A DNA stretch of 64,000 bases from Eledone cirrhosa (GCA_964016885.1 OZ024742.1:172856001-172920000); one strand, 5' to 3'; shown: positions 41,146-55,945, numbered from the stretch's first letter. Program-made: numbers and translations. Notes: a model not told the origin generated them from the sequence alone.

Positions 41146-43775
41146 ACGGGAGAAATATCTGCAAATGGCTTGCGTAAGCTCATGCAGCGCTCACGTAAAG
41201 GAGAGATTGCATGCTTACCAACAGACATGTCTGGAAGAATGTCGGTTGACAGTCTGTCAAACTACATCCAGACAATGCAACCCCATATCACTAACGCAAG
41301 AGAAGTAACACCACAAGTGCATGAGGATAGGGAGAAAACCCTCAATGCCCATATGATGATGTGGACAAACATAATGCAGCCCAATAAACGGACTTCCAAC
41401 AACTTCCAGACCTGGATCACTGACGTGCGAGCGTTGTATGGGCTTCGAAAAGACCATAAGACGAACAGTGACCCAGTCACAGGACCTCCAACACGGTCAG
41501 TCTGTGGAGCTAACATTGCTAATAACTACATACTTTCCTACTTCCTCTCCCTGATCGTGCGCACCATCATTGAAATGTTCCCGGATATATGTGCCAGCTA
41601 GGAGGACCTCCTCAGAATCAGCGAAAATAACCGATCTAGGGACCTAGCAGACTGCATAATAGGTAGTATATATGTTGTGTCCCTATACCCATCTATTGAC
41701 GTGGATTTTGCTGTGGAAAAATGCGTAGAAATGATCAGTGAGAGCAATGTTGTATTCCATGGGATTGATACCAGTGAGCTGGGACTCCTACTTAAACTTA
41801 CTTATAGTAATGATTATCTTGATACGTACGACCTTAGCAACCTCTGCTCCACAAGGCCAACAAGAGGCAGACCAGCTACCATTACCTCAATGGCCAAGAA
41901 AACCCACACAGAAAGATGGAACGCGTTGCACAGAGCCATACGGACCCCTGAAAAGCATGATGAACTAAAAAAAATGATTGCACATGCGGTGGTGGCCAGT
42001 ATCAAATTAACCCTTAAGGAACATATGTTCAAATTTAATGGAAAAACATATGCCCAAGAGGAGGGGGGGGCAGCCATTGGTGTTAGCAATGCAGGTGACA
42101 TAGTTAACCTATTCGTGGTATGGTGGGACAATATTCTTAAAAACAAACAATTAGAAGACAGCAACCTATTAACCCTGATAATTTACTCTCGCTACGTTGA
42201 TGATATAAACATTGTAGTTAAAACACCCCACTAGAGAACACCCAGGAATTAGAGAAAAACACCATGGAAAGCATCCAGCAAATAGCTAACTCCATCCACC
42301 AGAGTATTAGAGTTACAATAGACTACCCAAGCAAATACCACAACCATCGATTTCCTGTACAAGACACGGGGCTTTGGTTAGAAACAAATAATAACAAAAC
42401 CAAATCCTCCACTCCCATTATGCCAAACCCATAACTTCCGAATATCTGATCCATCGAAATTCAGCTCTTTCGGATCACACCGAAATCAACATACTGATTG
42501 CGGATTTAGTACGGTGAATGAGAAACGTGTCGCGCATGTGCAAACCTAAAGAACTAGAGAGACACATACAACACTTCATCCACCGTATGCAGTTCTCTCA
42601 ATCAGAGCGATAAAATCAGAGTATATAGAGGAGCCAGAACTAAATGGGAAAAAATGGTAAATAATGATACAAATGGGACCTGCACCTTGTATAGGAGTAA
42701 ATTTTAGATAATGATGATGTTATGGAAGAACTAGGAATAAGGTTAATAAATAAACTCATGGTATGATAGCAATAAATACCATGGTGTAATGTTTATCAAT
42801 ACAACAACTAGAGGTGAATTAGCTTACACTTTTAGAAGGGGCCCTAGGTAAACTTAACCTAAATATTAAGATAGTATAAATACCAGGTCCCTCCATAAAA
42901 ACACATATTAGGAATACATACCCTTTTCAAAGATGTCCCTGTATAGATAACTAATGCAGGATCTGTAAACTAAGCCCACATATTAACTGTAAAACTAGAA
43001 ACATAGTATATAGCATAAGATGTACTGAAGGACAATGTAAAGATAAGAATACAGTGTACATAGGTGAGACAGCTCATAGTATAGGAGAACGATTAAATGA
43101 ACACTGGCGAGAGCTTCAAGATAGAAAAGATTCATCAGTACTCCACCAACATGCTAAAATAGAACATAAGGGAAAATTAGAGAACATAGAAATAAAAATA
43201 AAATCTACACACAGAAAAGACGCAATGTTTAGACAGATCACAGAGGCAATACATATAATTGAACTCCAACCAAATTAAATAGAAAACATGAATGGAATAG
43301 CAACATCACAACTTACAATTAAGGACAAAATGACAACACACACACATAGACCAAACAACCAACTATTAATATGTAAATAAAAAAAATAAATAAACAAATA
43401 AAAACACACACAGACATCCAGATGTAACACAAGCGCAAACTAAGCACACAACACACACACAAACAAGATGGCGTAGGACAGAACAAAGGAGAGGCACAAA
43501 CCAAAGAGAAAAATCCCAAGTCACTGGAGAGTTCACAGAATGTGTGACGACAGAACTTTGACAATATATGAACGACCGTCCGGTTGTGGAACCAACCAAC
43601 CAACCGGAAATTTATAACTTTCTTAAATTTATAAATTTAATTCATAATAAATTGGAATGAAAGCAACTGGTGCGTGTGTTTCTTATTGGCAACATGACCA
43701 TCCCAAAGTATAACAATATCTGTTTCAACACACGTTTTCAGATAAAGAATCTTGCTAAACAAATTCAGAAACGAT
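41146..43775 (+). mobile_element. PLE right unit: RT + GIY-YIG endonuclease + pLTR, decayed
   Basis: PTDMSG, LYGLRKDHK..PPTRSVCGA, SLYPSID, YAQEEGGAAIG, YSRYVDD, YIGETAHSIGERLNEH; decayed hammerhead at 43520-43562; 3' end runs into the start of the next ORF copy, then (TA)n. Confidence 0.92.
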
Positions 43776-43781
43776 ATATAT

Positions 43782-43837
<56 letters not shown>

Positions 43838-45298
43838 TTTGATTTACACACAATCTATCTGCTTTAATAACCACGCGAAACTCAATCCTGAAAGTTATTG
43901 CTGGAGCGTAATTCTAAAAACTACAATTGATTACAATTTTTCATGCTTGCTTCGTTTCCTCTCATTCATCATAAATTGTTTACTTTTGCTTACATTGTTA
44001 TTCCGTTATTTATTGCCAAATATCTAATATTAAACACAGATAGATTAAATTTGAATGTTGACCAGCTATTCCTGCTTGATGAGAATTTAAAATTACTATT
44101 ACCTTGATAATCATATTCTGGTCATATTAACCGAAATAGCATTCAAGTTATTTTTATATTTATTTTGTGAATCCTTTCCATGGCTCCTCCTCCTCCTCTT
44201 ATTCCTTACTTCCTGTGTATTACTGAATCTCTTTACGTTTATTTGCTTTCACAGAATCTCACTTTATATATGTGTGTCCTTTTCATCATTCCCTCTGCTG
44301 TCAGTTACACTTCCTACCGTTTCTATGTACCATTTTTATCAGTCACTGCCTTTATTTTCACCATTCTTATTCGGCATCCTTCCAGTTTCTAGCCCCTAAA
44401 TCTTCAAAGGCTGTTACTACGTTTTACATCTTTTGCTAAAATTTAGCTTCAGGTTACCATAAAGCTCTTCGTATTAAAACTGAAGAAAAAAAATATTGAA
44501 ATCATTCCATTGGAATATACCCATCGGCAACTGCATCTATGTGAAATTAAGATATATTCAGCTGGGAAATGATAATACCTCAAACATATATAATTGTCAC
44601 TAAATCTACCTCTACTTCATAGCTCACTATTTCATTTGATTAAATGTCCATACTTAGGAACGTTCTCTGATATTAAAAAGAAGATAGAAGTTATAGGCCT
44701 CGATTGATGTTCACGAAGGGTTGATTATGAAAATAACTGAAGCGAATACTCTTCACAGTGAAATTTAAGGAATGCATTGGATTTACTACTTACTGAGTGA
44801 GCTAAATGAACTTCAACCACTGAATAATACAAAGTATGGTTAACCAACGTGCTTGCATTAATCTACTGAAATGTTTTTGGTAGTTAATTGCAGTTACTCT
44901 CAGTCCGACAGGTTTACAAATGGTTACTGCATACCAAATTCCACTCGCAAATGTTAGGTTGACCCGAGTCTCTTGTAACTTATACTCACCGAATTATTGA
45001 TGCCGAGTCCTCATTCTCCAGTCCATCAATAACACACAGTTTTAAATATACATAGTGATTCATTCGTGGGCATATCGAAACATAAACTAAAACTGAAGTA
45101 TGAGAAAAACAGTGCATTGCTTGTAAAAAGAAAATGTTTAATTAGACGTTGTAATTCGTAGCTCCATGTTTTATAACGTAAGAGTATTTTTCAGACAGAA
45201 AAATTCAACTCACCTATTCTTGGGAATATCATCATCATCTGAGGTAGGAATTTCATATACGTTGACTTTACATTAACATTATATTATAGTCTTGGAAG

Positions 45299-45481
45299 GG
45301 CGGTGGATTGGCAGTATCGGTAGAGGGTCGCACGCCATGCTTTCCAGCATAGTTACGTCCCTTTACGATCTGAGTTCAAATCCCGCCGAGGTTGACTTTG
45401 CCTTTCATCCTTACGGGGTCGATAAAAAAAGTACCAGTAATGTACTGGGCAATTGCTGACCTTGTGCCTAAAGTAGAAACA
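45299..45481 (+). mobile_element. Full-length tRNA-SINE with 20-bp TSD
   Basis: ATTATATTATAGTCTTGGAA at 45278-45297 and 45482-45501. Confidence 0.92.
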
Positions 45482-47085
45482 ATTATATTATAGTCTTGGA
45501 ATTATTGGCAAAATACAAGAATGATCTTCGAAGATATACGTTGAATAAAACAACTAAATGAATTATTTCGAACCTGGTATTTTGGTTTCCTCTTTAGCAA
45601 AGATGAATGTTTTGATTCATGGGAAGATATTTGCAGTTTTCACCAACATTCAAACTGGAAAATGTTCACGTTGAGCATATTATATGTTACACGTTTTAGT
45701 GTGAATGTGGGCGAAAGATAACACTGCATGTATCATCACATGAATCAAAACATCGGTATACGTTACTTCCACAGACATTCATTTCACTGAACCATATACT
45801 TACTCCACTTCAGTTCTTTTCTCAATGCATCAAATCGATATTTCCATATTTATGTTTGTTTATTCTAAACAACCAAGAATTTCCCCCATCAGATGGAACC
45901 CTGATATATGTTCCTAGAAATATATCTATTAGTCGAAATTTATTCTAACATTCTGTCAGAAGGACTCATAAATGATTATCTGTCATTGATTTCAGTAATG
46001 TTTCTGAACAACGTTGTTTATGAAGTATTCCTGGTTCTTAGAAATGAGATTACTCAATTCAAATCTACATTATACAACTTCCAATATAATTCATACATTT
46101 GATTATACATCGTTTTTTTTTTCTTCTCTTTCTGTTGTTCGTTTCTATATCACCTCCTCTCAATGTCAACATTCATGAAATTTCTTTGAAGTGTCATAGA
46201 CAGAATTCGAATTGGATCAATGGATATGCAGAAAGTAACAATACATCAAAGGTGATAACATTTCCTGAAACTACTCTTGAGATGTTTGACGCCTCTGCGT
46301 TTGATGCAAGATTAATTATTTACCAAAATTAAAGGATTCTTTGTGGACGGTTGCTTCCAGATCCTAGTGAATTTGGTTTCTTACCTACTAAATTATCATA
46401 TTATGCAACAGCACTGTTATATCATGTATACGCATAATCGAGAACAAGTGACTAATATTCTGGTAGAGTATATTATTTCTTGCTTTTCATCGTCCTATAT
46501 GAATTTTATATTTTATCATTTCCCAGTCAGTTACTTGCATCATTGGTTTTCTCCTTTCTTCCTTGCAATAAAGCGTTGCATGTTTGCAGTCAAATATGTT
46601 CACATGGAAATGTAAAGCCATTCTTTCAATATAGAAACTGTACGCCTGCAGAAGTATTATAGCAGGTTTTGTTAATGTTAATGGAGTCTGTATATTATAT
46701 TCTGTGAGATTCATAAGATATAAAAATAATATATTCTTAGTTGGATATATTGGATGTAAGAGGACCACAAGTGTTATGATGCCGTTAGACTTGTTGACAC
46801 AGTTGTGAAAAGAATCGAGTATTAGAAATAACCGAGGTCGAAACAATGTTGTCATCTCTACCAAAAGATAACTCTGATTATTTGATTTTTGTCATATTGT
46901 TAAAATGACTATATGTAATACGAAGCGTGTTTGTAGTGGACGTTGCTCTCTGCAAGGGGAGGGCGTTTTGTACGCCATGTCACTAGTACTTTAGCATTAA
47001 TTTGAATTTTTACATGTCAAAATATCAATTATCTTCGAGGGAGTTCTAATACAACTTTTATAAGTTTTGGCTCACATTATTTCAA

Positions 47086-47275
47086 GGTGGTGGTTTGGCA
47101 GTATCGGTAGAGGGTCGGACAACATGCTTTGAAGCACAGAGTTACTCCCCTTTCTGATCTGAGTTCAAATCCTGCTGAGGTTATCTTTGCCTTTCATCCT
47201 TACAGGGTCGATAAAATAAAGTACCAGTAATGCACTGGATAATTGCTGGCCTTGTGCCAAAAGTAGAAACAATTA
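47086..47275 (+). mobile_element. tRNA-SINE inserted at the head of an older SINE
   Basis: ATTATTTCAAGGTGGTGG duplicated on both sides; degenerate SINE head follows at ~47282. Confidence 0.85.
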
Positions 47276-48683
47276 TTTCAAGGTGGTGGATTGGCGGAAA
47301 TGTTAGAGAAATGGCAGGGTGCATCATGCTGTTTAGTTTGTCTCATTTTATTCTGATTTTAAATATTGCTGTGCCTCTTCCTCTGAGGTGGACTTACTCC
47401 GAAGCCCCGTTTAACGCCACTGTCTTTTGCTTGGATATAATTGAATGAGTTCACTATGTTACAAACATCTGAAATGATTCACCATTTTATCGATAACTTC
47501 CTCCTCTAACACAGTTCCGTTGATAACAGAATGGGTCAATTTATCTGTCATTCCATTCCTGACACTATACTGTAAATATAAACAAAATATTACGTTAAGA
47601 AATCAAACACTAATGTAAACAATAAAGTATTCAGGTGAAACATATGAAACCTTATCTACGAACAGCAATCTCACACAACTATATACGTATCAATACTGGA
47701 TGATCTTGCCGGGAATCAATTTTATAATAGTTCTTTTGGAACATTTTTCTGCTGGTTTCAAACAATCGACTGTGGTTGATGGACACATACATAGATATTT
47801 GAGAGTATTGAAGTTTGCTTGAAGCATTGTGGAACAATAAGTAAATATCTTTAGGTCGTTTGGAATCCTCGACAATGCAAATTGGTAAATCTCCGGGTAA
47901 CAAGGTCCGGTGGTGGAGAGAGATGTAAGTGGCTGTACGTTGAGATGCGTGGTGTGTATAAGATGTGTGAGATGTGTAGAATGAAGGGAAGAGTATAAAG
48001 TATAAAATACAAATAACAACACAAGAGAGAGTTACCTTGGGAGAGATTTAATAGTCCCTATATATTTCGGATTCACATCCATCAACTGGGTTTTTTTCCG
48101 GGGTGGGGGAAAAGGTTGTCTGTCGGACAAGTCCGGAACGCGTCCTTCGCTGTTTGTTGTTTTGAATATCATAGATATTTGAGTTTGAATCAACAGTAGC
48201 CATTGAATTGACCCGCTTGTGTTTCGAGCAAAGGAACAGATTTCTTTTAAAATTAAGATCGAAGAAGAGACGCATTCAACTATATTGACAGCGAACCCGG
48301 AATATGCTGATTGTCAAGAAAATATCTTATCCATTCTGCCATTTTGCATCCACGTTACAGCATATTCCAATTGATGAAAAATGTTGTATCGCCACATTTA
48401 TAGATACGCGAGTATTTTATTTAAACAACAATCATATAAAAGAAAACATATAATGATTTATTTAGTGAAATTGTAAATATATTTTGTGTACAAAACAATG
48501 ACCTCACAAAATCCAATTGTCAATTTAAACACTACTTTAACATTTTCTTAAAGCCTTCCCGCCTTAAAACAAACGTACAACAAACAAACAAACATACGCA
48601 CATATATGAAAACATAAACATACACGTACATACGAGCATACATACATATATACATATATGAATACATACATGCATACATACAT

Positions 48684-48785
<102 letters not shown>

Positions 48786-49263
48786 GTATATGCATATATT
48801 CGTAGCTATGTATGTCTCTTCGTGTATGCATATGCGAGTTTTGGATATATTTTAGACACTTAAATAGAAACTCTACGACTATAAAAGACTACGATAACAA
48901 TATAAACAACAACTTGATTAGTAAATAAAATTATCGACCAAAGTTTATAACCAACAATAAATATTTTTACTGTTATTCTAATTATAATGCTTCCACATTA
49001 AAAGAACAGACACAATTTCAAGGAAATAATGGTGTATTTGTGCTGCGTTATTTCTATTTTGTTTTCCAATTTAGATTGTTTTGTTGTTGTATTTTATTGA
49101 TCTCCGTTAAATGCTGATTTCTAAACTCGTATATTTCATTGTAGATTTATTCTGTGAATAATTATTTGGAATCGAAATGATTTTTGAAACTTTCTAAACT
49201 ATTCTTATATTTCATGTCTTCAACACGATGTTTCATATATGTCCCTCATCCATATCCATGCAT

Positions 49264-49332
<69 letters not shown>

Positions 49333-49335
<3 letters not shown>

Positions 49336-49735
49336 CGTTTCTGAATTTGTTTAGCAAGATTCTTTATCTGAAATCGTGTGTTGAAACCGATATTGTTATA
49401 CTTTGGGAGGGTCATGTTGCCAATAAGAAACATACACCCGGATGTGGCGCATGCGCAAACTGAGCACGCAACCCACACACAAACAAAATGGCGTAGGATA
49501 GAAGAAAGGAAAGGCACAGAAACGAAGAAAGAAATCCCCAGTCACTGAAGAGGTCACAGAGTGTGTGACGAAAGAACTATGACTATATATATATAAACAA
49601 ATATCTGGTTGTGGAACCAACCAACCAACCAGAAATTTATAAATTTGTAAATTTATAAATATATAATAAATTAAATTGAAGTGAAAGCAACTGGTGCGTG
49701 TGTTTCTTATTGGCAACATGACCCTCCCAAAGTAT

Positions 49736-49742
<7 letters not shown>
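49333..49742 (+). mobile_element. Solo pLTR of the 38-44 kb PLE family, with a short inverted tail, in (TA)n
   Basis: 49438-49742 aligns to ~43418-43718; 49333-49432 is an inverted 3' piece. Confidence 0.85.
49540..49584 (+). ncRNA. Type I hammerhead, intact core (PLE pLTR)
   Basis: AGTCA-CTGAAGA-G-GTCACAgagtgTGTGAC-GAAA-GAAC-TA-TGACT. Confidence 0.85.
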
Positions 49743-49788
<46 letters not shown>

Positions 49789-49818
49789 CACAGAGCTGGC
49801 ATATCTAAGAACTGACTA

Positions 49819-49874
49819 ACTGCCTGATGATGTCATAGCCATTAAATGGCTATCATCGAAATATATATAGCAGT
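49819..49874 (+). ncRNA. Type I hammerhead with TATATA helix III, intact core
   Basis: ACTGC-CTGATGA-TGTC-ATAGCCATtaaATGGCTAT-CATC-GAAA-TATATA-TA-GCAGT; base of helix II irregular. Confidence 0.8.
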
Positions 49875-49894
49875 AAATAAAGTATTATGAGTTC

Positions 49895-50013
<119 letters not shown>

Positions 50014-50470
50014 TAGGCTTCGAACATAGCTATATACAAATATGTATTTGAATTTTGTATTTCTAAATACGTTATGTTTATAAGTAAACATTTAGAAAGC
50101 CATTATTATGAAAAGTTACTAGGAGCTAACACCACCAAGTGGTGTCCTGCAGAAACAAGGGGGACAATCTTGGAATAATTTTGAACACAACTGCTTCTCG
50201 TCACGACGATCTCTCCCGCTTTTGTAAATGCTGGACTATGAAAAAGGCGAATATATACAGCTTCTTCTTCTGTGTAAATGAGGTGATTCACCTCATTTGT
50301 AAATGAGGAGATTAACCTCATTTGCATATGAAGATGTATAAGTTGACTATTCTTTTGAGCCAACTTATAAAGCTGCATATGCAAATCAGATTAATCATCT
50401 CATTTACACAAACGAAAAAAGTATGTGTTTGCCTGTCTTCAAAGTCCAGCAGTTGCAACAGCGGGAAATA

Positions 50471-50512
50471 TTGTCCTGACGAATAACAGTTGAGTTCGAA
50501 ATGCATCGACGA
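50471..50512 (+). ncRNA. Minimal type I hammerhead, intact core
   Basis: TTGTC-CTGACGA-ATAACagttgaGTTC-GAAA-TGCA-TC-GACGA. Confidence 0.75.
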
Positions 50513-50634
50513 CAGTCGCTCTTGCTTCGGTCGGAAACCGCTGGGTGGCGTTAGCTGCGAGTGTTTTGCATAGCAACGGCTTTCTAAATGTTTAATGATA
50601 AACATACCGTATTTCTTTACAAATACGAAATTCA

Positions 50635-50686
<52 letters not shown>

Positions 50687-50689
<3 letters not shown>

Positions 50690-51700
50690 GTTTAAATAGC
50701 TTGACAAATTGAACATTGCGGTAGGCAAAACCCAACCACACAATACCAAAGCAACGAAAGAACTAAGAGGTTAAATGATACACCTAGGCAAATCAAATGA
50801 TATACGTCTAAAGTGTTTCTATGCATCCGAAATCATTTATCCAACTTCCGTAACGGGCACACTCGTGGTATTCCATGATCGAACAGAGGATTAATTTCAT
50901 CAACAGGGATTCCGTTCTGCCTCAAACAAAATGTGACCGATAATAATGCAGCCACCGAACACTTCTTTGTCACGTCTTTGTCACAAGGGAAGCAACCCCC
51001 GGGTTTTGGCGCGTAAATTCAAAGTGTTAACAAAGGAAATATTGTAATTTCCGCTCAAACATTCCGAATAAAAGCTCTCAACCAGATGTTATTAAACAAA
51101 CAAAAATAATTAACCAATAAACAGAATTGTCTAATTAAATTAATTAGTAAATTATTAAATCTAGGAGAGAATAATACAAATATACACCTGGACAAATCAA
51201 ACGATATACGTATAAAGTGTTAACAAGGGAATTTATTAAATTCAAAGTGTTAACAAGGGGATTCATCCGCCAAAAATTGAGTTTACTAAGCTTCCACTTG
51301 TATTCGGAATGTTTGAGCGGAAATTATAATATTTCCCTTGTTAACACTTTGAATGTACCCGCCAAAAAACGGGGGTTCCTTCCGTTTTTGAAATAACACG
51401 TGACAACGAAGTGTTCGCTGGCTACATTCTTAGCGGCCGCATTTTGTTTGTTGACACCGCTTTGAGGCAGAACGGAATCCCTGTTGACGAATTGAATCAT
51501 CTGTTCGATCAAGGAATACCACGAGCGTGCGTGTTACGTAAGTTGGATAAATGATTTCAGATTCATAGAAACACTTTAGACGTATATCGTTTGATTTGTC
51601 CAGGTGTATCTTTTAACCTGTAAGTTCTTTCGTTACTTTGGTATTGTGTGGTTGGGTTTTGCCTACCGCAATGTTCAATTTGTCAAGCTAGTTAAACGTA
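50687..51700. repeat. Foldback element with ~390-bp diverged arms
   Basis: 50687-51069 versus 51301-51700; partial direct duplication at ~51180-51260; left end abuts (TA)n. Confidence 0.85.
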
Positions 51701-51878
51701 TATTATTACTCTAAGGACCTACCCTTATTGAGTGCTTTGCTAACTCATTCCAACTGTAGGTCGACTTTGATTGCCCACAGCCAAAGCTTCGATTTTAATA
51801 AGCTTCTATTTGTATATATATATATGTATATTAAAGAAAAATAAGCTGAACATGCACTTGAAATCTTTACTATAAGTA

Positions 51879-51947
51879 AATTTACCGGTTTCACAGCTGG
51901 ATGAGATTAGAAACGTTTATGTAATGGTTCGTGACCATCTTCAAACA
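51879..51947 (-). ncRNA. Degenerate hammerhead candidate
   Basis: TTGAAGA...GAAA-CCGG-TA; helices weak. Confidence 0.35.
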
Positions 51948-52360
51948 TTCAGCCTTACAGGAAGATTATATATTTCATGTGTGCGTAGAAATCTTTTTGT
52001 TTCCTAATGTGCCGTTAGTTAAGCACCATTCTACGGAGCATCACTACTTGGGACAGACATTAACATTGTATATCCTGTACCTGCTACAGTTATGTACTAA
52101 CATCGTATGTAACTACATATACACCCACATAATCACGTGCGTATTCCATATTCCGTATTCAATAATGAATGAAATAAAATTTTGACAATACATGTTACAT
52201 TATCTGATATCGATCCATTTGTATATTCTCTTTTTAATGGTATTAGATCTATAAATTATAGAACTCCCATATAGACATCCAATCCAAGCCAATCTGATAC
52301 TCAAATTAGAATATTTTGAAAAGTATAACGATTCCGCTACTGCTTGTAACAGTAACAGTA

Positions 52361-52463
<103 letters not shown>

Positions 52464-55400
52464 ATTTATATATATGTGCCTGTGTGTGTAAGTATATAGT
52501 GATACATACATACATCCTACGTACAAACACACATACATATATATGTATAGTGAATGAGTTAACGTGTGTATGTATGCTTGTCTGTTTATGTGTGTGTTTG
52601 TGTGTGTGTGTATGTTTGTGTGAGCACGCGTTGTATTATAGGTTTACGTCCTTAACATTACAAATATCTGCCACACACTAAAGAGAGTTTCCCAACGTAT
52701 ATTCTTTATTATAATACGACGTCCGTCGGCTAGCTCATTATTGCATCAGCATTTTTTAAAGAGAACCGAACATAACATCGATCAATCAATACAATGCTGG
52801 TATTCGACCCTTAATTCATAAACACGTAAATATCTTGTTAAATACATAAATAAAATTGAAACGGAAAATGGAAATGGAATTCTTAATATTATAATAACCT
52901 TTAACGAAGTATACTTTATTAAAACATTGCTATCAATTTCCTCGTTTTTATTTTTTATTTATCTTGATGATATATATAATCGTTTATGAATTTCTATCAT
53001 CATTTTTATTAATGTTGTGCCTTCATATTTACATCTACTTTAGATGAAGCTATTGTATAATCTAATTACAATTGTGGTACTTGCTTATAGTTGCTGCCTC
53101 TATCAACTAGTGATCAATACTAATAGAAACTTTGATATAACTGGATATTAGTTTGAATAGGAAACTAGTGGTGATAGTGATAGAAACATACTTATTTAGA
53201 TATTCATTTTATTCATCTACAGGAAAGAAAAGAATGTATGATATTTCAGTGAAGCTTTTCATAACCAGCTTTGCCAGAAGCTCTCTGAACCATTCTGTTT
53301 ATATTAATGGAGAATTTCTTATTGTGCAGATTTCGGAGAGAAAAGATAATTGATAGCCGTTCTGAAAGACCAAATTCTAATTAAATTGTGATGCTTTATT
53401 AGTTAACCTATGAGATTTTTAAAGTGCTTTCGTATTAACGTACATAGTTGGCTTTAACTAACGGCCTACAGGATATTCTAGAAGTCTGATTCAGAAGCAG
53501 TATACTGCTTTCCTACCCCAAACATGATTTATTTGTTTGATATCTATTTCCCATCATTTTAACTAGGATTATATGCAAATATGGTTTTGATATAAGCGTG
53601 GATTGGATTGAACTTCAAATAATGTCGGTGGTAGACGATACAGAAGTTATTAGTAGATGATACACAAGTATTCATGCATTGCTGTATGTGATTAGTTGAT
53701 CAAGAAATAAATTAGTACTACAATAGTAAAGGCAATGATATATTTAATAATGCGGTAAATAATGGATGCTAGTGATAACACCTGTATTAATAATAATGAA
53801 ATTGATAATAATGGACTTACTTAATAATAATAATTCCTTTACATGTACAGTAGTCCATTCAACTGGCTTCCAAACAGTTAGACTCTACAGTATTTATCTC
53901 ACAAGACATGGTTCAACCCGACTCAATGACAAATCATACTTGCCAAAGATGGCAACGCAGTGCAGACGACCATATGCCATGATGGTTGCCAACTCACCTT
54001 GTTAACCACTCAGCCACGAGGCGTCGCATACAATTTTATGCACTGCTCATAAATATCGATTCATAAAACACATTGTAAAAACACACCTATCTAGCTCCTT
54101 ATAATGAGAAAATATGTATTCGAAAGAAAACAGCTATACAATTGTTTCTCCTATAAAATTAAAACTAAACTTCTCATTTAGGACTGATTGATCATTATGA
54201 AGTCCACAAGCATATGGAATGGATTCCGAATGTCTGTGGGACAGTTGGTCATCGCACTATTTGTGCGATGGCAGTGCTTAAATCGAAGGTATGACAAAAA
54301 TAAGAACACAGCATTTGAGTTAATTACAAGAAATCGCCGGTTACCATACCAAGAGACTGGGCTATGAGAATGCTGGAAGCAACTAAAGGTAAGGGTACCA
54401 TATCGAATTTTATTTTATCATAGTGAAGTTGTGGCATTCTAGTCTTATATTTCCCAACGGCACAATGACTTCCTTTCATTCCCAAGCTCACAGATGTATC
54501 TACTGGAATATTCTAAATTGTAAACACGACTCAGGTTTGTTACCTATAAGTTGGTTAATTAGAAATGATATTTTGGGTCACTACATTCAAAACACAAATG
54601 ATTTATGCAAATATTACTCAATAATATCAAGCAATATCAAAATGATATCAAAATGACTTTTGGATTTCTTGGTAAAATGTGTGGAGATAGGAATAGGACA
54701 TGGCAGGCAGACATGTCAAGCAGAAGATATGGAACACCGACGGTGGAGATTATAGAATATATTTACAAATATTATAACCATAATATTTTGGTCACAGAAA
54801 AATGTAAAATAGTGTGTGGACGAAAAAATTAATATTTTGATAAGATCTAATCAATTTTTTAAATTATCTTAATAAATAGAATATTATGTTATATTGACTT
54901 GTTTGCCTTGACTGGTCTGTGACATTGAAAAGGATTATAACAGACCAAGATGCCATAGATCGCAGTGTGAGATATCTTCTAAATACGCCCAACGAAATAC
55001 ACAGTGCTTAGGAAGTCTAATATCTCCATCTCTGCAGAGGTTACGTTGTTAGGAGAATATTCAGCACCATTGAATAGTATATGAAAACACATACTATTGA
55101 TGCCTAATAACATTTCAACAAGGGCGTCGATGTGCCATTGTGATTAGAGCATTGGAGGATTTGTCGCAGATCTCTGGGTTTTAAATTCAAAACATTAAGG
55201 GGGAAGCCATTGATTTCTCTCTTTTAGGGAACATCAGAGCGGGTGAAATCCTTTCTTTTTTTCGTATTACAGGTGTTACGTCATGGACATTTCACTGGAT
55301 CAAATGAGATAGGATCGTAAAAGTGTCGGAGTGCGACTTTATGGAGAGCTAAAACACTTATTAAAAGAAAAGTATATATCGGATTTCTAAGTAACGATTG

Positions 55401-55945
55401 AAGAACTATGATCGTGCAAAGTATGATAACCCATCTTTTATCAATTAAAAACACACACAAAAAAAAAAATTGTTTTGCTTATATTTATAATATGTTTCCT
55501 GGTTTCAAATTTCAATCAAACTCTCTACGTCATGTTCGTTGAAAGATTTCCATTCCTTGTAAAAAGGAAATTCTCGATGTAATTTCTAAACATACACACA
55601 AGCACACGTACACGCACACAAACAACGCATACACACGCACAGAGAAATCAATACGCACACATAAACACAGGAAACAAACACATATATTTATAAATATATA
55701 TATATTATAAATGAGATCTTTGCTTGAAGCATTGTGGGACATGGAAATATAAAGTAGAAATGTTTAGGAATACTTTTTGCCTGGAAATCAGAACCACTTA
55801 CATTGTACAGTTTCCTTTCAAACACACACACACGCATACACACACACACGCGCGCACACACACCCACACACACACATACATACATATGTATAAATAAGCT
55901 GTATTTGTCAACAGGCTAAGTTTAATTTCGTATATTCATAGTTGG

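Noticed and set aside
45500-46900. Ancient LRR/Toll-like pseudogene
   Set aside because: Only one vague LxxxDxS-like motif and no sustained frame
49365-49395. Second hammerhead (CTGAAAT...GAAACCGATA) antisense to the pLTR
   Set aside because: Core mismatched, helices do not pair, and it is the antisense of the ORF start
54180-55400. Decayed LINE fragment
   Set aside because: No RT or endonuclease motif readable in any frame
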